This document shows positions 1 through 8,774 of a stretch of DNA of 45,209 bases, in pieces. The translations under genes and the position numbers were made by a program. The DNA is taken from positions 1 through 45,209 of the forward strand of contig QJVY01000065.1 of the NCBI GenBank assembly GCA_003235555.1. Direction: 5' to 3'. Below the pieces are notes generated by a model, which saw only the letters and a program-made list of their open reading frames with translations, did no database searches and was not told where the DNA came from. Source of the DNA: Ignavibacteria bacterium. Lineage in GTDB: Bacteria > Bacteroidota > Ignavibacteria > UBA10030 > SZUA-254. Numbering within the stretch: the first letter of the stretch is position 1; each line of letters opens with the position of its first letter.

Positions 1-341
1 GACACCCATTTCTGGATGGCTTCGTAAATGATGAAAGTTGCCGCGGTAACGATGAGCCCCCCCTCGATGCCCGCCGAGAAGAAACTGATCTTCTCGTGTC
101 CGTAGGGATGGTCGCTGTCCGGCGGCTTGAAGCTGAGCCACAGGCTGAAGGCCGCGAAGGACACGGCCAGGATGTGCACTACCGATTCCGCGGCATCCGA
201 GAGGATCGCGGCGGAGTTGGTCATGAAGTAGGCGTAGAGTTTCCCCACCAGCATGAAGACGCTCACGACGAGGGACAGCCGCATGGCGAACTGGAGGTCC
301 CGCGCTGCGCGCGGGTCGGTGGGCGTCAGGGTTTCGTTCAT
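1..341 (-). CDS. Cation diffusion facilitator (CDF) family metal efflux transporter, N-terminal part; the 3' end runs off the window
   Basis: My own translation of the minus strand from the ATG at 341..339 gives MNETLTPTDPRAARDLQFAMRLSLVVSVFMLVGKLYAYFMTNSAAILSDAAESVVHILAVSF...DSDHPYGHEKISFFSAGIEGG. The 'SAAILSDAAES..H' and 'HPYGH' signatures are typical of CzcD/CDF transporters. It is absent from the ORF track because the window edge truncates it. Confidence 0.75.
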   Translation of the reverse strand, partial: MNETLTPTDPRAARDLQFAMRLSLVVSVFMLVGKLYAYFMTNSAAILSDAAESVVHILAVSFAAFSLWLSFKPPDSDHPYGHEKISFFSAGIEGGLIVTAATFIIYEAIQKWV

Positions 342-389
342 CTGGTGCCTGTACGCGGATGCCGGATCGTCGGGGGACGTTCCCTGTCG

Positions 390-998
390 TTAGTTGTGTT
401 CGGGCGCAAGAGTGTACAGGATCTCGCCGGTTTTCTTGTTCGGGCCGGGGATCGACATGTCGTACATCTCGAAGACAAATCGTCCGTTCTGCGGGATGCC
501 GATGACGTACCTGACGGTCTTCCCCATCTCCCCGGTGGCCGGATCGTCCATCGGTCCGGTGAGCGTCAGGGTTTTTCCCCCGTCGTCCAGCGTTCCGCTC
601 GCGGGATACATCGCCGTCGAGGTGTTGTCCATCCAGATCTGGACGTACTTCTTCTGCATGTTGTCGTATCCGTAATACCCGATACCCGACATCTCGGAGC
701 CCATGAAGGATCCCTGGTAATCCTGTCTCAGGAACCGGCCGCCGAGGACCCATGAAAACGAACCCCTGCCGCGGTTCACGACCGGGGGTTTGTCGGGGCC
801 ATCCATCCAGAAGGATGATTCGGTGTTCCAGTAGCCCACGTACCGGTCGAGCAGTTTGTGGTTCTGGTTCGGCGAGCCCGCCTCCATCATTTTTTGCATC
901 ATCGCCTCCATGTCGGGGGGTGGTGGAGGCGTGTCCTGGCTGGCCGCGGGAATCGTGCCCGCGATGAGCATCGCTGTGAGAACGATCAGGGTTTTCAT
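390..998 (-). CDS. Secreted DUF1579-family protein
   Basis: 202-aa ORF with an N-terminal signal peptide (MKTLIVLTAMLIAGTIPAASQ). The pattern 'H..L...VG.W......W' ... 'LGGRF' ... 'G.GYYGYDN...KY...WMDN.ST' matches my recollection of DUF1579. Confidence 0.75.
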   Translation of the reverse strand: MKTLIVLTAMLIAGTIPAASQDTPPPPPDMEAMMQKMMEAGSPNQNHKLLDRYVGYWNTESSFWMDGPDKPPVVNRGRGSFSWVLGGRFLRQDYQGSFMGSEMSGIGYYGYDNMQKKYVQIWMDNTSTAMYPASGTLDDGGKTLTLTGPMDDPATGEMGKTVRYVIGIPQNGRFVFEMYDMSIPGPNKKTGEILYTLAPEHN

Positions 999-1104
999 GT
1001 TCCGGGTTCCTTTAAGGTGATGAGTTCGACAGGAACAAAAAATTAAGAAAATATCGCGTACCGTGCAATCTGAAAAACCGGCCCCCGCCGGCCGGTCGTC
1101 GTCC

Positions 1105-2955
1105 TCAACGGTACCCGGCGTCGTTGAGTGAAATCGGGGGGAAATAGATACCGTTGAGGGTGCGCACCCACAGGGCGCCGGTGCTGTCCCTCTCCGACGG
1201 TGTCGTGAACCGGTAGACGTAGAGCATGGCGCGGATTTCTGCGGGCGCGCGGTCGGGGAACGGGTTGGCGGCGAAGAGGGATCCGACGCCGCGGGACCCT
1301 TCCATCAACCGGATGGCGACATTCACCAGCCAGCCGTTGTCGCGCGCGTCGCCGAGTGCCGCGAACCACATCTGCCAGTCGAGACGGGGCTGGGCGGGCG
1401 CGATCCAGGGAAGCCCGCGGGTGGGATCACCGGGCTTATAGCGGAACTCGTACGGCTTCCAGGTGTTGCCGTCCGCGCTCCCCTCCAGGATGATCTCGGG
1501 TCTCTTCGTCGTCATCACGCGGAAGAGGCCGTATCCGCCCACGATGTGAAAGCGGGAACCCCAGGCGGCGAGCGTGGCGACCGGCGGGGGGAAAAATGCG
1601 CGCGGCACGAACAGCCCGGCGGTCTGCACGCAGTTCAGGAACACCATGATGATGAAGAACGCCAGACCCAGCCGCCCTACACTCCGTCGGCCGGGGGGCG
1701 ACCAGGATCCGGTTTCCCCGCGGAGCCGGCGGGGCACGAACCGGGAGAGAACTCCGTCGTCCAGGAGCGTCGCGCACAGGACCACCGAGAGAAGGTTGAA
1801 AAACGCGTAGTTGCCGGTGAGGAAAATCAGGACCTGCAGGAAGATCAGTAATAGCGCACCGGCGTGCCGCAGCCTGCGCGGCGTGAAGATCAACACCGGT
1901 GCGGCCAGCTCGATAAAGAACATGACGAGGGCGCACGACTTCAGGAACCACGGCGAAAGCTGGTGGGCGTACCACGCGAGGGGGTTCGGGAGGGGCTGCG
2001 TCTGGAAATGGTATGTCAGGGCCGAGAGGTTCCACCAGTTTGGATCGCCGGCTCCGAGCTTCACCATTCCGGACATGAACATGAGGCGGAACACGAGGAG
2101 CCACACAAGCCATCTGAAAGGGGTCGGAGGGCCGCCGGTTCCCGTCCGGAAATATGTCAGGCCGAACGGCGCGATGAAGATCGTGAGGAAACCGGCCTCG
2201 AGGAGGAGGGTGTCCCACTGGTAACCGAGGAATACCTGCCCCACGGTGAAGAGTGAAAAGTAGAGCAGCCATGCGGTGAAGGCGGCCGCCCGCGGGACGA
2301 TACCGATAAAGAGTGCGATCGCTGACACCATGCCCGCGGTGCACATGCCCGTGAGCATCGCGTCTCCGGAGTTCCACCATGCGATCGTCGGGTAATAGAG
2401 CAACCCGGAGCTGCCGATCTGCGAATGGACGGCCTCGAGGAACATCGTCGCGGGGGAGATTCCGTCGGACCCGACGAGAGCGAGTACCTGTGAGGAGAGC
2501 GAAGCGAACGCGATGAAATACACAACGGCCATTCCTCTCAGGAAGATCCACCGGCTCGCCTCGAAACCGGGGGGCACGATGGATTTTCCCCAGAGCATAC
2601 CCGACAGGAGGCCTGCTTCGTCACGGTGACCCGCGACCCAGCGGTACAGGGCCTCGCTCGCGGATCCGAACCCCGGCAGGATCCGGTAGAGAAAACGCGC
2701 GGCCCGCCCGCCGGTGGAGTCGCCGAGGGCCGTGAAAACCGCCAGCGCCCCGGTGAGGATACTCCCGTCAGGCAGGACGAGAACGACGCTCTTTCTGAAT
2801 TTTTCGGGGGGGATCGATGGATGGTGTGACCGGGCGGAGGACGCCGGCGCATAGTCGACGGCCGGTCCGGTGATTCTCTTCCACCGTTCGATCCAGAGTG
2901 CGCAGAAAGCGCAGTCGCCGTCGTAGAGCATGAGCGGTTTCGGCGGGGCGTTCAT
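1105..2955 (-). CDS. Fusion of a DCC-type thiol-disulfide oxidoreductase (DUF393) with a lipase maturation factor (LMF) family membrane protein
   Basis: The N-terminus 'LMLYDGDCAFCALWIERW' is the DCC/DUF393 motif. A long polytopic region follows, with 'LGYQWDTLLLEAGFL' and 'RLDWQMWFAAL', which are characteristic of LMF family proteins. The track ORF starts at a TTG (2964); I prefer the in-frame ATG at 2955. Confidence 0.8.
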   Translation of the reverse strand: MNAPPKPLMLYDGDCAFCALWIERWKRITGPAVDYAPASSARSHHPSIPPEKFRKSVVLVLPDGSILTGALAVFTALGDSTGGRAARFLYRILPGFGSASEALYRWVAGHRDEAGLLSGMLWGKSIVPPGFEASRWIFLRGMAVVYFIAFASLSSQVLALVGSDGISPATMFLEAVHSQIGSSGLLYYPTIAWWNSGDAMLTGMCTAGMVSAIALFIGIVPRAAAFTAWLLYFSLFTVGQVFLGYQWDTLLLEAGFLTIFIAPFGLTYFRTGTGGPPTPFRWLVWLLVFRLMFMSGMVKLGAGDPNWWNLSALTYHFQTQPLPNPLAWYAHQLSPWFLKSCALVMFFIELAAPVLIFTPRRLRHAGALLLIFLQVLIFLTGNYAFFNLLSVVLCATLLDDGVLSRFVPRRLRGETGSWSPPGRRSVGRLGLAFFIIMVFLNCVQTAGLFVPRAFFPPPVATLAAWGSRFHIVGGYGLFRVMTTKRPEIILEGSADGNTWKPYEFRYKPGDPTRGLPWIAPAQPRLDWQMWFAALGDARDNGWLVNVAIRLMEGSRGVGSLFAANPFPDRAPAEIRAMLYVYRFTTPSERDSTGALWVRTLNGIYFPPISLNDAGYR

Positions 2956-3109
2956 CGCCAGCAAAGTACAAAATAAAACACCGTCCCGGAAAAATCCCGG
3001 GGCGGCGTACGATTTCCGGGCCCCCGTCTGGATAAGCGCGCCGGGGGAGGGTGAAACGCCGAATTTCGATTGCGTGTCGCTCCCGCCTTCCTCCCGACGT
3101 TTTCAACCC

Positions 3110-3661
3110 TCACATGTCGAAGCGCATCATGAACAGACCTGCGCTCACGCCGGAACCGAGGAAAACGATGAAGAGCCGGTCGTATTCTTCGTCGGGGATG
3201 AGGATATCCCCGCCCACGCCGAGGTCGCGCAGGATGTCCGGGATGACGTTGCTGTGGTTCGATACGACGATGGTTCCCCCGGGGTGTGCCCTGATGGAGT
3301 CGGCGAGTTCGGCGGCGTGCCCGGCCGGCCCTCCCCTCACCGGGATTGTCGTGACGCCGATGCCCGTCATCGCCGAAAGCGGTTCGAGCGTTTCGATGGT
3401 CCTGGCCCGGTCCGAGGAAATCAGCATGCTCACCGGTTCGTCCGCCAGCATCCGGGCCAGCCGTCCGGCCCGTTTTCTCCCCGCCGCGGTCAGGTGTGGG
3501 TTGGGGCCGACGGTGTCCTTTTCGGCATGCCTCACGATGACGATTTTTGTGGTCTGACCGGCCCGCGAGGTGTCCCCGGCCTCGCACCTCGCGCTGAAGG
3601 CGCCGGCGGCAAGGAGAGCGACGAACAGGACCGGCAGGAACCGCTGAACGGCCCCGTTCAT
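3110..3661 (-). CDS. Histidine phosphatase superfamily protein (SixA/PGAM-like), secreted
   Basis: 'IVIVRHAEK' is an RHG-type catalytic motif, and 'SNHSNVIP' supplies the second His. The likely start is the internal ATG at 3661 (MNGAVQRFLPVLFVALLAAGAFS, a signal peptide). This start overlaps the upstream gene's stop as ATGA. Confidence 0.8.
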   Translation of the reverse strand: MNGAVQRFLPVLFVALLAAGAFSARCEAGDTSRAGQTTKIVIVRHAEKDTVGPNPHLTAAGRKRAGRLARMLADEPVSMLISSDRARTIETLEPLSAMTGIGVTTIPVRGGPAGHAAELADSIRAHPGGTIVVSNHSNVIPDILRDLGVGGDILIPDEEYDRLFIVFLGSGVSAGLFMMRFDM

Positions 3662-4257
3662 GATCCGGCCGCCGTCCGTCCGGTCCGCAGCATCGCGGAG
3701 ATGCCGAGGCCGGCAAGCAGCCATGCAACGACGCTGTCGAGCATCATCGCGCTCGACCAGTCGAAGGGGAACCCCATCCAGTTCCAGTCGGAGAGGTGGG
3801 TCCCCACGGCGATGAGGACGCCGATCATCCCGCAGAAGATGACGCCCGACAGGTAACTTCCGGCGACGGCCGTGCTCCTGGCCAGCAGCCACGAGACGAT
3901 GGACGCCGCGAAAATAAAGATGAAGAGGCCGGTGATCATCTGGCCGGTCATGAAGGGGTCCTTACCGGCGGGGTCGTAGAATATCATGCTCACCGGTCCG
4001 GAACGGAGTTTTTCCGTGTATTCGTTCGTCGCTTCCTCGAGTTTCCCGGGGGGCAGGCCGGAGGTTTCCGCCGGCATCCAGGGGATGACATAGACGCCCT
4101 TTTCGGGAAGGGTCCGGTTGAGCGATTCGACGAGCACCGACTCGCCGGGGACGGCTTTCATCGAGCCGAGGTGGAGGGGCAGGACGACCCAGGCCACGAA
4201 ACCCCAGACCCAGAGAATGATTCCACCGACGATTCCGCCAAGGATGATTCTCTTCAT
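3658..4257 (-). CDS. Hypothetical integral membrane protein
   Basis: 199-aa ORF with at least 4 clear hydrophobic helices (GGIVGGIILWVWGFVAWVVL; GLFIFIFAASIVSWLL; GVIFCGMIGVLIAV; VVAWLLAGLGISAML). Its stop overlaps the start of the next gene. I do not recognise the family. Confidence 0.6.
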   Translation of the reverse strand: MKRIILGGIVGGIILWVWGFVAWVVLPLHLGSMKAVPGESVLVESLNRTLPEKGVYVIPWMPAETSGLPPGKLEEATNEYTEKLRSGPVSMIFYDPAGKDPFMTGQMITGLFIFIFAASIVSWLLARSTAVAGSYLSGVIFCGMIGVLIAVGTHLSDWNWMGFPFDWSSAMMLDSVVAWLLAGLGISAMLRTGRTAAGS

Positions 4258-4438
4258 CGCATTTCTCCTCGTTTGTTGTCAGGAACACGGTCACTAATAT
4301 AGCGACACGGCCGGTCAAGGTAAAGACCGCGCGGGGGAAGGTATTCGGGTAGAATGGAGACTATTCCCCTCCATGGGCCTGAATCAGGGATGCTGTGGAG
4401 CACACCATCCGGCCGGGATCTTGACTGGCCCGGCAAAA

Positions 4439-4454
4439 TTCTCTATATATAGAG
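4439..4454. promoter_or_regulatory. Perfect 16-bp palindrome TCTCTATATATAGAGA in a divergent intergenic region
   Basis: Read directly. It lies between the divergently transcribed membrane-protein operon (start 4257, minus strand) and the DUF1800/DUF1501 operon (start 4586, plus strand). An inverted repeat, GGTCCGG-N11-CCGGACC (4456-4480), follows immediately. Confidence 0.35.
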
Positions 4455-4585
4455 ATGGTCCGGGTCATCTCAGACCGGACCGGTCTTGCCCGCTTGCGCC
4501 ACCGCAGCACCAGAGCAACATGACGCCCGCACCATGGAATGCGTCCGCCGGGGGGCGAATGACGTTTCACACACATGAAAGGCAG

Positions 4586-6310
4586 ATGAAAAGAAGGGAA
4601 TTTCTCTCGGCCGTCGTCGAGGCGCCGGCCGGAGACACAGGTAATCTCGGCGTCCCGGACGGGGACGGGAAGCGGCCCCTCAGGAAATTCGTCCCGAGCG
4701 AATTCGCGAACAGGTCGTTGCCCGTCGTCCCGAGGAGCGCGGCCGGTCTCGAACCCTATGCCGGGACCTGGGGGAGCGTTCAGGTCTCGCACCTTCTGAG
4801 AAGGACGCTCTTCGGCGCGAGGCCCCAGGACGTTGCCGCGGTATCGGGGATGACGGTGAGCGACCTCGTGGACCTCCTTCTCACCGAACCCGCGGCGCCG
4901 GACCCGCCGGTCAACACCAATATCAACGACACCGGTTCGGTTGTGGGTACCACCTGGATCAACGCCCCCACCTCCGACTACAACGGGTCCAGGCACAATT
5001 CAATGCGTGCGTGGTGGGTGGACCTGATGCTCGCCCAGGGGACGTCGCTCCGGGAAAAGATGACCCTTTTCTGGCATAACCACTTTTCCACCGAGACGGC
5101 CGTCGTGAAGGACGCGCGCTATTCCTACCGGACAAACGCCCTCCTCCGGCAGCATGCCCTGGGGAATTTCCGGACCCTCACGAAGGAGGTGACGGTGGAC
5201 TGCGGCATGCTGAAGTACCTGAACGGCAAAACCAACACCGCGTCCAACCCCAACGAGAACTACGCCCGGGAACTCCAGGAACTGTTCACGATCGGCAAGG
5301 GGCCGGAGATCGCGCCGGACAACTACACCAACTACACGGAGGTGGACGTCCAGCAGGCCGCGCGCGTCCTGACCGGGTGGAGGGACGACAATCAAACGTT
5401 CACCGGGTATTTTACGGCCGGCCGGCACGATCCCGGGGACAAGCAGTTCTCCTCCGCCTACCAGGACACGGTGATCGCGGGACAGACGGGCTCGGCGGGG
5501 GCGAACGAGGTGGACGACCTGCTCGACATGATCTTCCTGCAGAATGAAACCGCGAAGTATATCTGCCGGAAACTCTATCGCTGGTTCGTGTACTACGTCA
5601 TCGACAGCACGACGGAGACCAATGTCATCGCGCCGATGGCGGACATCTTCAGGAACAACAACTACGAGGTCAAGCCCGTCCTCGCCGCGTTGTTCAAGAG
5701 CGCGCATTTCTTCGACCCGGTGAATTACGGATGCATCATTAAAAACCCGATCGACCTCACCGTGGGGACGGCCCGCGCGCTCTCGGTGGCGTACCCGGAT
5801 ACGTCGAACCTGACCGCCTGGCAGAACCACCGGAAATACCTCTACGACCAGTCCAGGTTCATGCAGCAGCAGATCGGGGACCCGCCCAGTGTCGCGGGGT
5901 GGCCAGCGTACTACCAGGACCCCCTGTACTACGAGATGTGGATCAACTCCGACACGCTCGCCAACCGGACGGAGTTCACCGACACCCTTGCGGGTTCCGG
6001 GTACAGGCGGAACGGCTTCACCCAGGTCATCGACCCGGTGGCTTTCGCGAACCTGACCTCTGCCCCTGCAGTCCCCGACACGCTGATTGACGAATGGGCC
6101 GGTTTCCTCTACGCCTTCGACCTCACTCCCGCGCAAAAAGCGTTCCTGAAGGAGGCCCTCCTTCCGGGGCTCCCCGATTACGAATGGACGATCGAGTGGA
6201 CCGACTACGTGAACGACCCGACCGATCCGGGGAAAGAGGCCGCGATCACCACGAAGCTCCGCGACCTGCTCGGGGTCATGCTCGCGATGCCTGAATACCA
6301 GTTGATGTGA
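4586..6310 (+). CDS. DUF1800 domain-containing protein
   Basis: 'MTLFWHNHFST', 'LLRQHALGNFRTL', 'ML.YLNG..N....PNENYARELQELFTIG' and 'AGWPAYYQ' are classic DUF1800 blocks. I chose the ATG at 4586 (MKRREFLS), which has a GAAAGG sequence upstream. The track ORF extends to 4373. Confidence 0.85.
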   Translation: MKRREFLSAVVEAPAGDTGNLGVPDGDGKRPLRKFVPSEFANRSLPVVPRSAAGLEPYAGTWGSVQVSHLLRRTLFGARPQDVAAVSGMTVSDLVDLLLTEPAAPDPPVNTNINDTGSVVGTTWINAPTSDYNGSRHNSMRAWWVDLMLAQGTSLREKMTLFWHNHFSTETAVVKDARYSYRTNALLRQHALGNFRTLTKEVTVDCGMLKYLNGKTNTASNPNENYARELQELFTIGKGPEIAPDNYTNYTEVDVQQAARVLTGWRDDNQTFTGYFTAGRHDPGDKQFSSAYQDTVIAGQTGSAGANEVDDLLDMIFLQNETAKYICRKLYRWFVYYVIDSTTETNVIAPMADIFRNNNYEVKPVLAALFKSAHFFDPVNYGCIIKNPIDLTVGTARALSVAYPDTSNLTAWQNHRKYLYDQSRFMQQQIGDPPSVAGWPAYYQDPLYYEMWINSDTLANRTEFTDTLAGSGYRRNGFTQVIDPVAFANLTSAPAVPDTLIDEWAGFLYAFDLTPAQKAFLKEALLPGLPDYEWTIEWTDYVNDPTDPGKEAAITTKLRDLLGVMLAMPEYQLM

Positions 6311-6317
6311 AGAAGGA

Positions 6318-7931
6318 ATGAAACGCAGGGACTTCATCAGAAAATCCGTGCCGGTCGCCGTTCTTCCGCTCTTCCTCGGGGGGTTCAACTTCCGGGCGTA
6401 CGGCAGGTCGAAAGTGATCGAGTCGCTGATCGGTGCCGGGGAGCCGTCGGACAGGGTCCTCGTTCTCATCCAGCTGAACGGCGGGAGCGACGGACTGAAC
6501 ATGGTCATCCCGCGGGACCAGTACCCCGCGCTGATGAACGCCCGCGGGAACATCGCGATACCGGAAAACAAGGTCCTGCCGCTGACCGACGCCACCGGGC
6601 TCCATCCCGCGATGACCGGTCTGCACAACCTGTACAACGCCGGCAGGGTGAGCATCGTCCAGGGCGTCACCTACCCGAACCCCAACAAGTCTCATTTTCG
6701 CGGAACGGACATCTGGCTGACCGCCTCCGATTCGGACCAGACGCTCAACACGGGATGGATGGGCCGCTACCTCGACGGGGAGTACGACGGCTTCCCGGAG
6801 GGCTATCCCAACGAGGTGGCCCCCGACCCGCTGGCCATCCAGATCGGGTCGGTCGTTTCTACCGGGCTGCAGGGTCCCCTCGGGTCGATGGGGATGGCGA
6901 TCACCAGCCCCACGTCCTTCTACCAGCTTCTCACCGGCGGGGTCGATACCGCTCCCGACACCCCTGCCGGGCACGAGTTGACCTTCATCAGGCAGGTCGC
7001 ACAGCAAACCTCCGTCTACGCCGGTCAGATCAAGAACGCGGCGGCGAAGGTGACGTCGCAGTCCCCGCTCTACCCTACCGCCGGGACCAACAAACTCGCC
7101 GACCAGCTGAAGATCGTCTCGCAGCTGATCTCCGGCGGGCTCAGGACGCGCATCTATATCGTGAACCTCGGCGGGTTCGACACCCATTCAGGACAGGTGG
7201 ACGAGGTTCTTGGCACCGAGTACGGCGACCACGCCGACCTGCTGGGGAAACTGTCGGAGGCGATCCTCGCCTTCCAGGAGGACCTCCGGATGCACAAGGT
7301 CGACGACCGGGTGGTCGGCATGACGTTTTCCGAATTCGGCCGCCGGATCAAGTCCAACGCGAGTTTCGGCACCGACCACGGCACGGCGGCCCCGATGATC
7401 CTCTTCGGGAAGGCGGTCAACCACGGCATCGTCGGCGCGAACCCGGTCATTCCCGACCCGGTGTCGAGTGCCGACAACCTCCCCATGCAGTTCGATTTCC
7501 GGCAGGTCTATGCCTCGGTGCTGAGGCAGTGGTTCGGGGTTCCGCAGTCGGAACTCGACGCGGTGCTGCTCCGGAGTTTCGCGACGCTCCCGCTGGTGGG
7601 ACCCCTTCCCTCGGTGCGCCCGCCGACCGTCAACGAGGAGGGACCCGTCGCGGCCGGTGCCGGCGTCCCGGACAGGATGTCCCTCAACCAGAATTACCCG
7701 AACCCCTTCAACCCATCGACGACGATTTCGTTCACGTCCGCCGGCGGACCGGTGAACATCAGGGTCTACGACAGCATCGGGAGGGAGATCGTCACGCTCG
7801 TGGACGGCGTTCCGGGGGCCGGAACATTCAGCGTCGTCTTCGATGCCTCATCCCTTCCCGCGGGGGTCTATTACTGCAGGATGAGGAGCGGCGGGTTCCA
7901 GCAGGTCAGGACGATGAACCTCGTCAGGTAA
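6318..7931 (+). CDS. DUF1501 (sulfatase-fold) protein with a twin-arginine leader and a T9SS C-terminal sorting domain
   Basis: The N-terminus is 'MKRRDFIRKSVPVAVLPLFLGG' (an RRxFI Tat-like motif). DUF1501 blocks are 'GGSDGLNMVIP', 'GGFDTHS' and 'TDHGTAAP'. The last 82 aa, 'LNQNYPNPFNPSTTISF...IRVYDSIGREI...AGVYYCRM' (7683..7928), form a Por-secretion tail. The gene lies immediately downstream of the DUF1800 gene, which is the usual pairing. Confidence 0.9.
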   Translation: MKRRDFIRKSVPVAVLPLFLGGFNFRAYGRSKVIESLIGAGEPSDRVLVLIQLNGGSDGLNMVIPRDQYPALMNARGNIAIPENKVLPLTDATGLHPAMTGLHNLYNAGRVSIVQGVTYPNPNKSHFRGTDIWLTASDSDQTLNTGWMGRYLDGEYDGFPEGYPNEVAPDPLAIQIGSVVSTGLQGPLGSMGMAITSPTSFYQLLTGGVDTAPDTPAGHELTFIRQVAQQTSVYAGQIKNAAAKVTSQSPLYPTAGTNKLADQLKIVSQLISGGLRTRIYIVNLGGFDTHSGQVDEVLGTEYGDHADLLGKLSEAILAFQEDLRMHKVDDRVVGMTFSEFGRRIKSNASFGTDHGTAAPMILFGKAVNHGIVGANPVIPDPVSSADNLPMQFDFRQVYASVLRQWFGVPQSELDAVLLRSFATLPLVGPLPSVRPPTVNEEGPVAAGAGVPDRMSLNQNYPNPFNPSTTISFTSAGGPVNIRVYDSIGREIVTLVDGVPGAGTFSVVFDASSLPAGVYYCRMRSGGFQQVRTMNLVR

Positions 7932-8065
7932 TGTCGTTTCGGGGGCTCCTCTCCTCCCCCCTCACCGACGTCCGTTCCGCCCGGGAACTTGGATACGCGT
8001 TCCCCGGTTTTTATCTTAATACCAACCCGTTCGCTTTCAACCATCACATCAGACGAAGGACGATC

Positions 8066-8659
8066 ATGAGAACGATCATTGTTTTTTCCCTGCTCACAAT
8101 TTTCGGGACGCTCTCCCTCCTGTCGCAGGATACCTGGAAACTGGACAGGTCCCACAGCAGGGTGGAGTTCACCGTCACCCACATGCTCATCTCGGAGGTG
8201 ACCGGGAGGTTTACCGATTTCGACGTGGCGATGACCTCGAGCGGCGGGGACCTCACCGGAGGTTCGATCGAGACCGTCATCAGGACCGCGAGCATCAACA
8301 CGGACAACGACTCGCGCGACGCGGACCTGAGGGGGGCGAGTTTCTTCAACACCGACAGTTTCCCGACGGCGACGTTCCGGAGCACGAAAATCGAAAAGGC
8401 GGCCGAAAACAGGTTCACGGTCAGCGGCACCCTGACGATCCGCGACAGCACCAAACCTGTCGTCATGGACGTGACTTTCCTGGGAAGCGTGACCGACGGC
8501 AGGGGCAGGGTTAAAACCGGCTGGAAGGGGGTGACCACCATCAACCGTTTCGACTACGGGGTCCTCTGGGACCGGACGCTCGATTCGGGAGGCCTCGTGG
8601 TCTCGAAGGAAGTGGAGATTACGCTGCGGCTCGAGATGGTCAGGGTGGAGCCGAAATAA
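8066..8659 (+). CDS. YceI-like periplasmic polyisoprenoid-binding protein
   Basis: Signal peptide MRTIIVFSLLTIFGTLSLLSQ. 'W.LD..HS.V.F.V.HM.IS.V.G.F' and 'T.S.....R+..L.....F....FP.ATF.S' are YceI signatures. This is only the last 197 codons of track ORF 6755..8659. Confidence 0.9.
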   Translation: MRTIIVFSLLTIFGTLSLLSQDTWKLDRSHSRVEFTVTHMLISEVTGRFTDFDVAMTSSGGDLTGGSIETVIRTASINTDNDSRDADLRGASFFNTDSFPTATFRSTKIEKAAENRFTVSGTLTIRDSTKPVVMDVTFLGSVTDGRGRVKTGWKGVTTINRFDYGVLWDRTLDSGGLVVSKEVEITLRLEMVRVEPK

Positions 8660-8774
8660 TACACCTGGCCGTGCATGCCGTTGTCCGGAGCGGCGCCGGG
8701 GGAAGAAATTCACACGCCATGAAATTTCCGGCCTCCCCTGAACGCCAGCCGGGACCTCCTCACCGGATGTACCG

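Noticed and set aside
96-755. 219-aa plus-strand ORF at the left edge
   Set aside because: It overlaps, antisense, both the CDF transporter fragment and the DUF1579 gene. Its product is a His/Arg/Gly-rich low-complexity sequence.
5000-6670. 556-aa minus-strand ORF spanning the DUF1800/DUF1501 junction
   Set aside because: It is antisense to two well-supported genes. It crosses their intergenic junction, which argues against real coding. No motifs are recognisable.
7683-7928. Nucleotide-level similarity among the three 'NYPNPFNP...' tail-coding segments (also about 30610-30866 and about 34835-35090), considered as dispersed DNA repeats or a mobile cassette
   Set aside because: The similarity is limited to what the conserved T9SS CTD protein motif imposes. 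Codon choices differ and the flanks are unrelated, so these are not DNA repeats.
6755-8065. Long N-terminal extension of the YceI ORF (track ORF 6755-8659, 634 aa)
   Set aside because: The first 437 codons overlap the DUF1501 gene out of frame and are Arg/Pro/Gly-rich. A proper ATG with a signal peptide at 8066 gives a normal-sized YceI protein.
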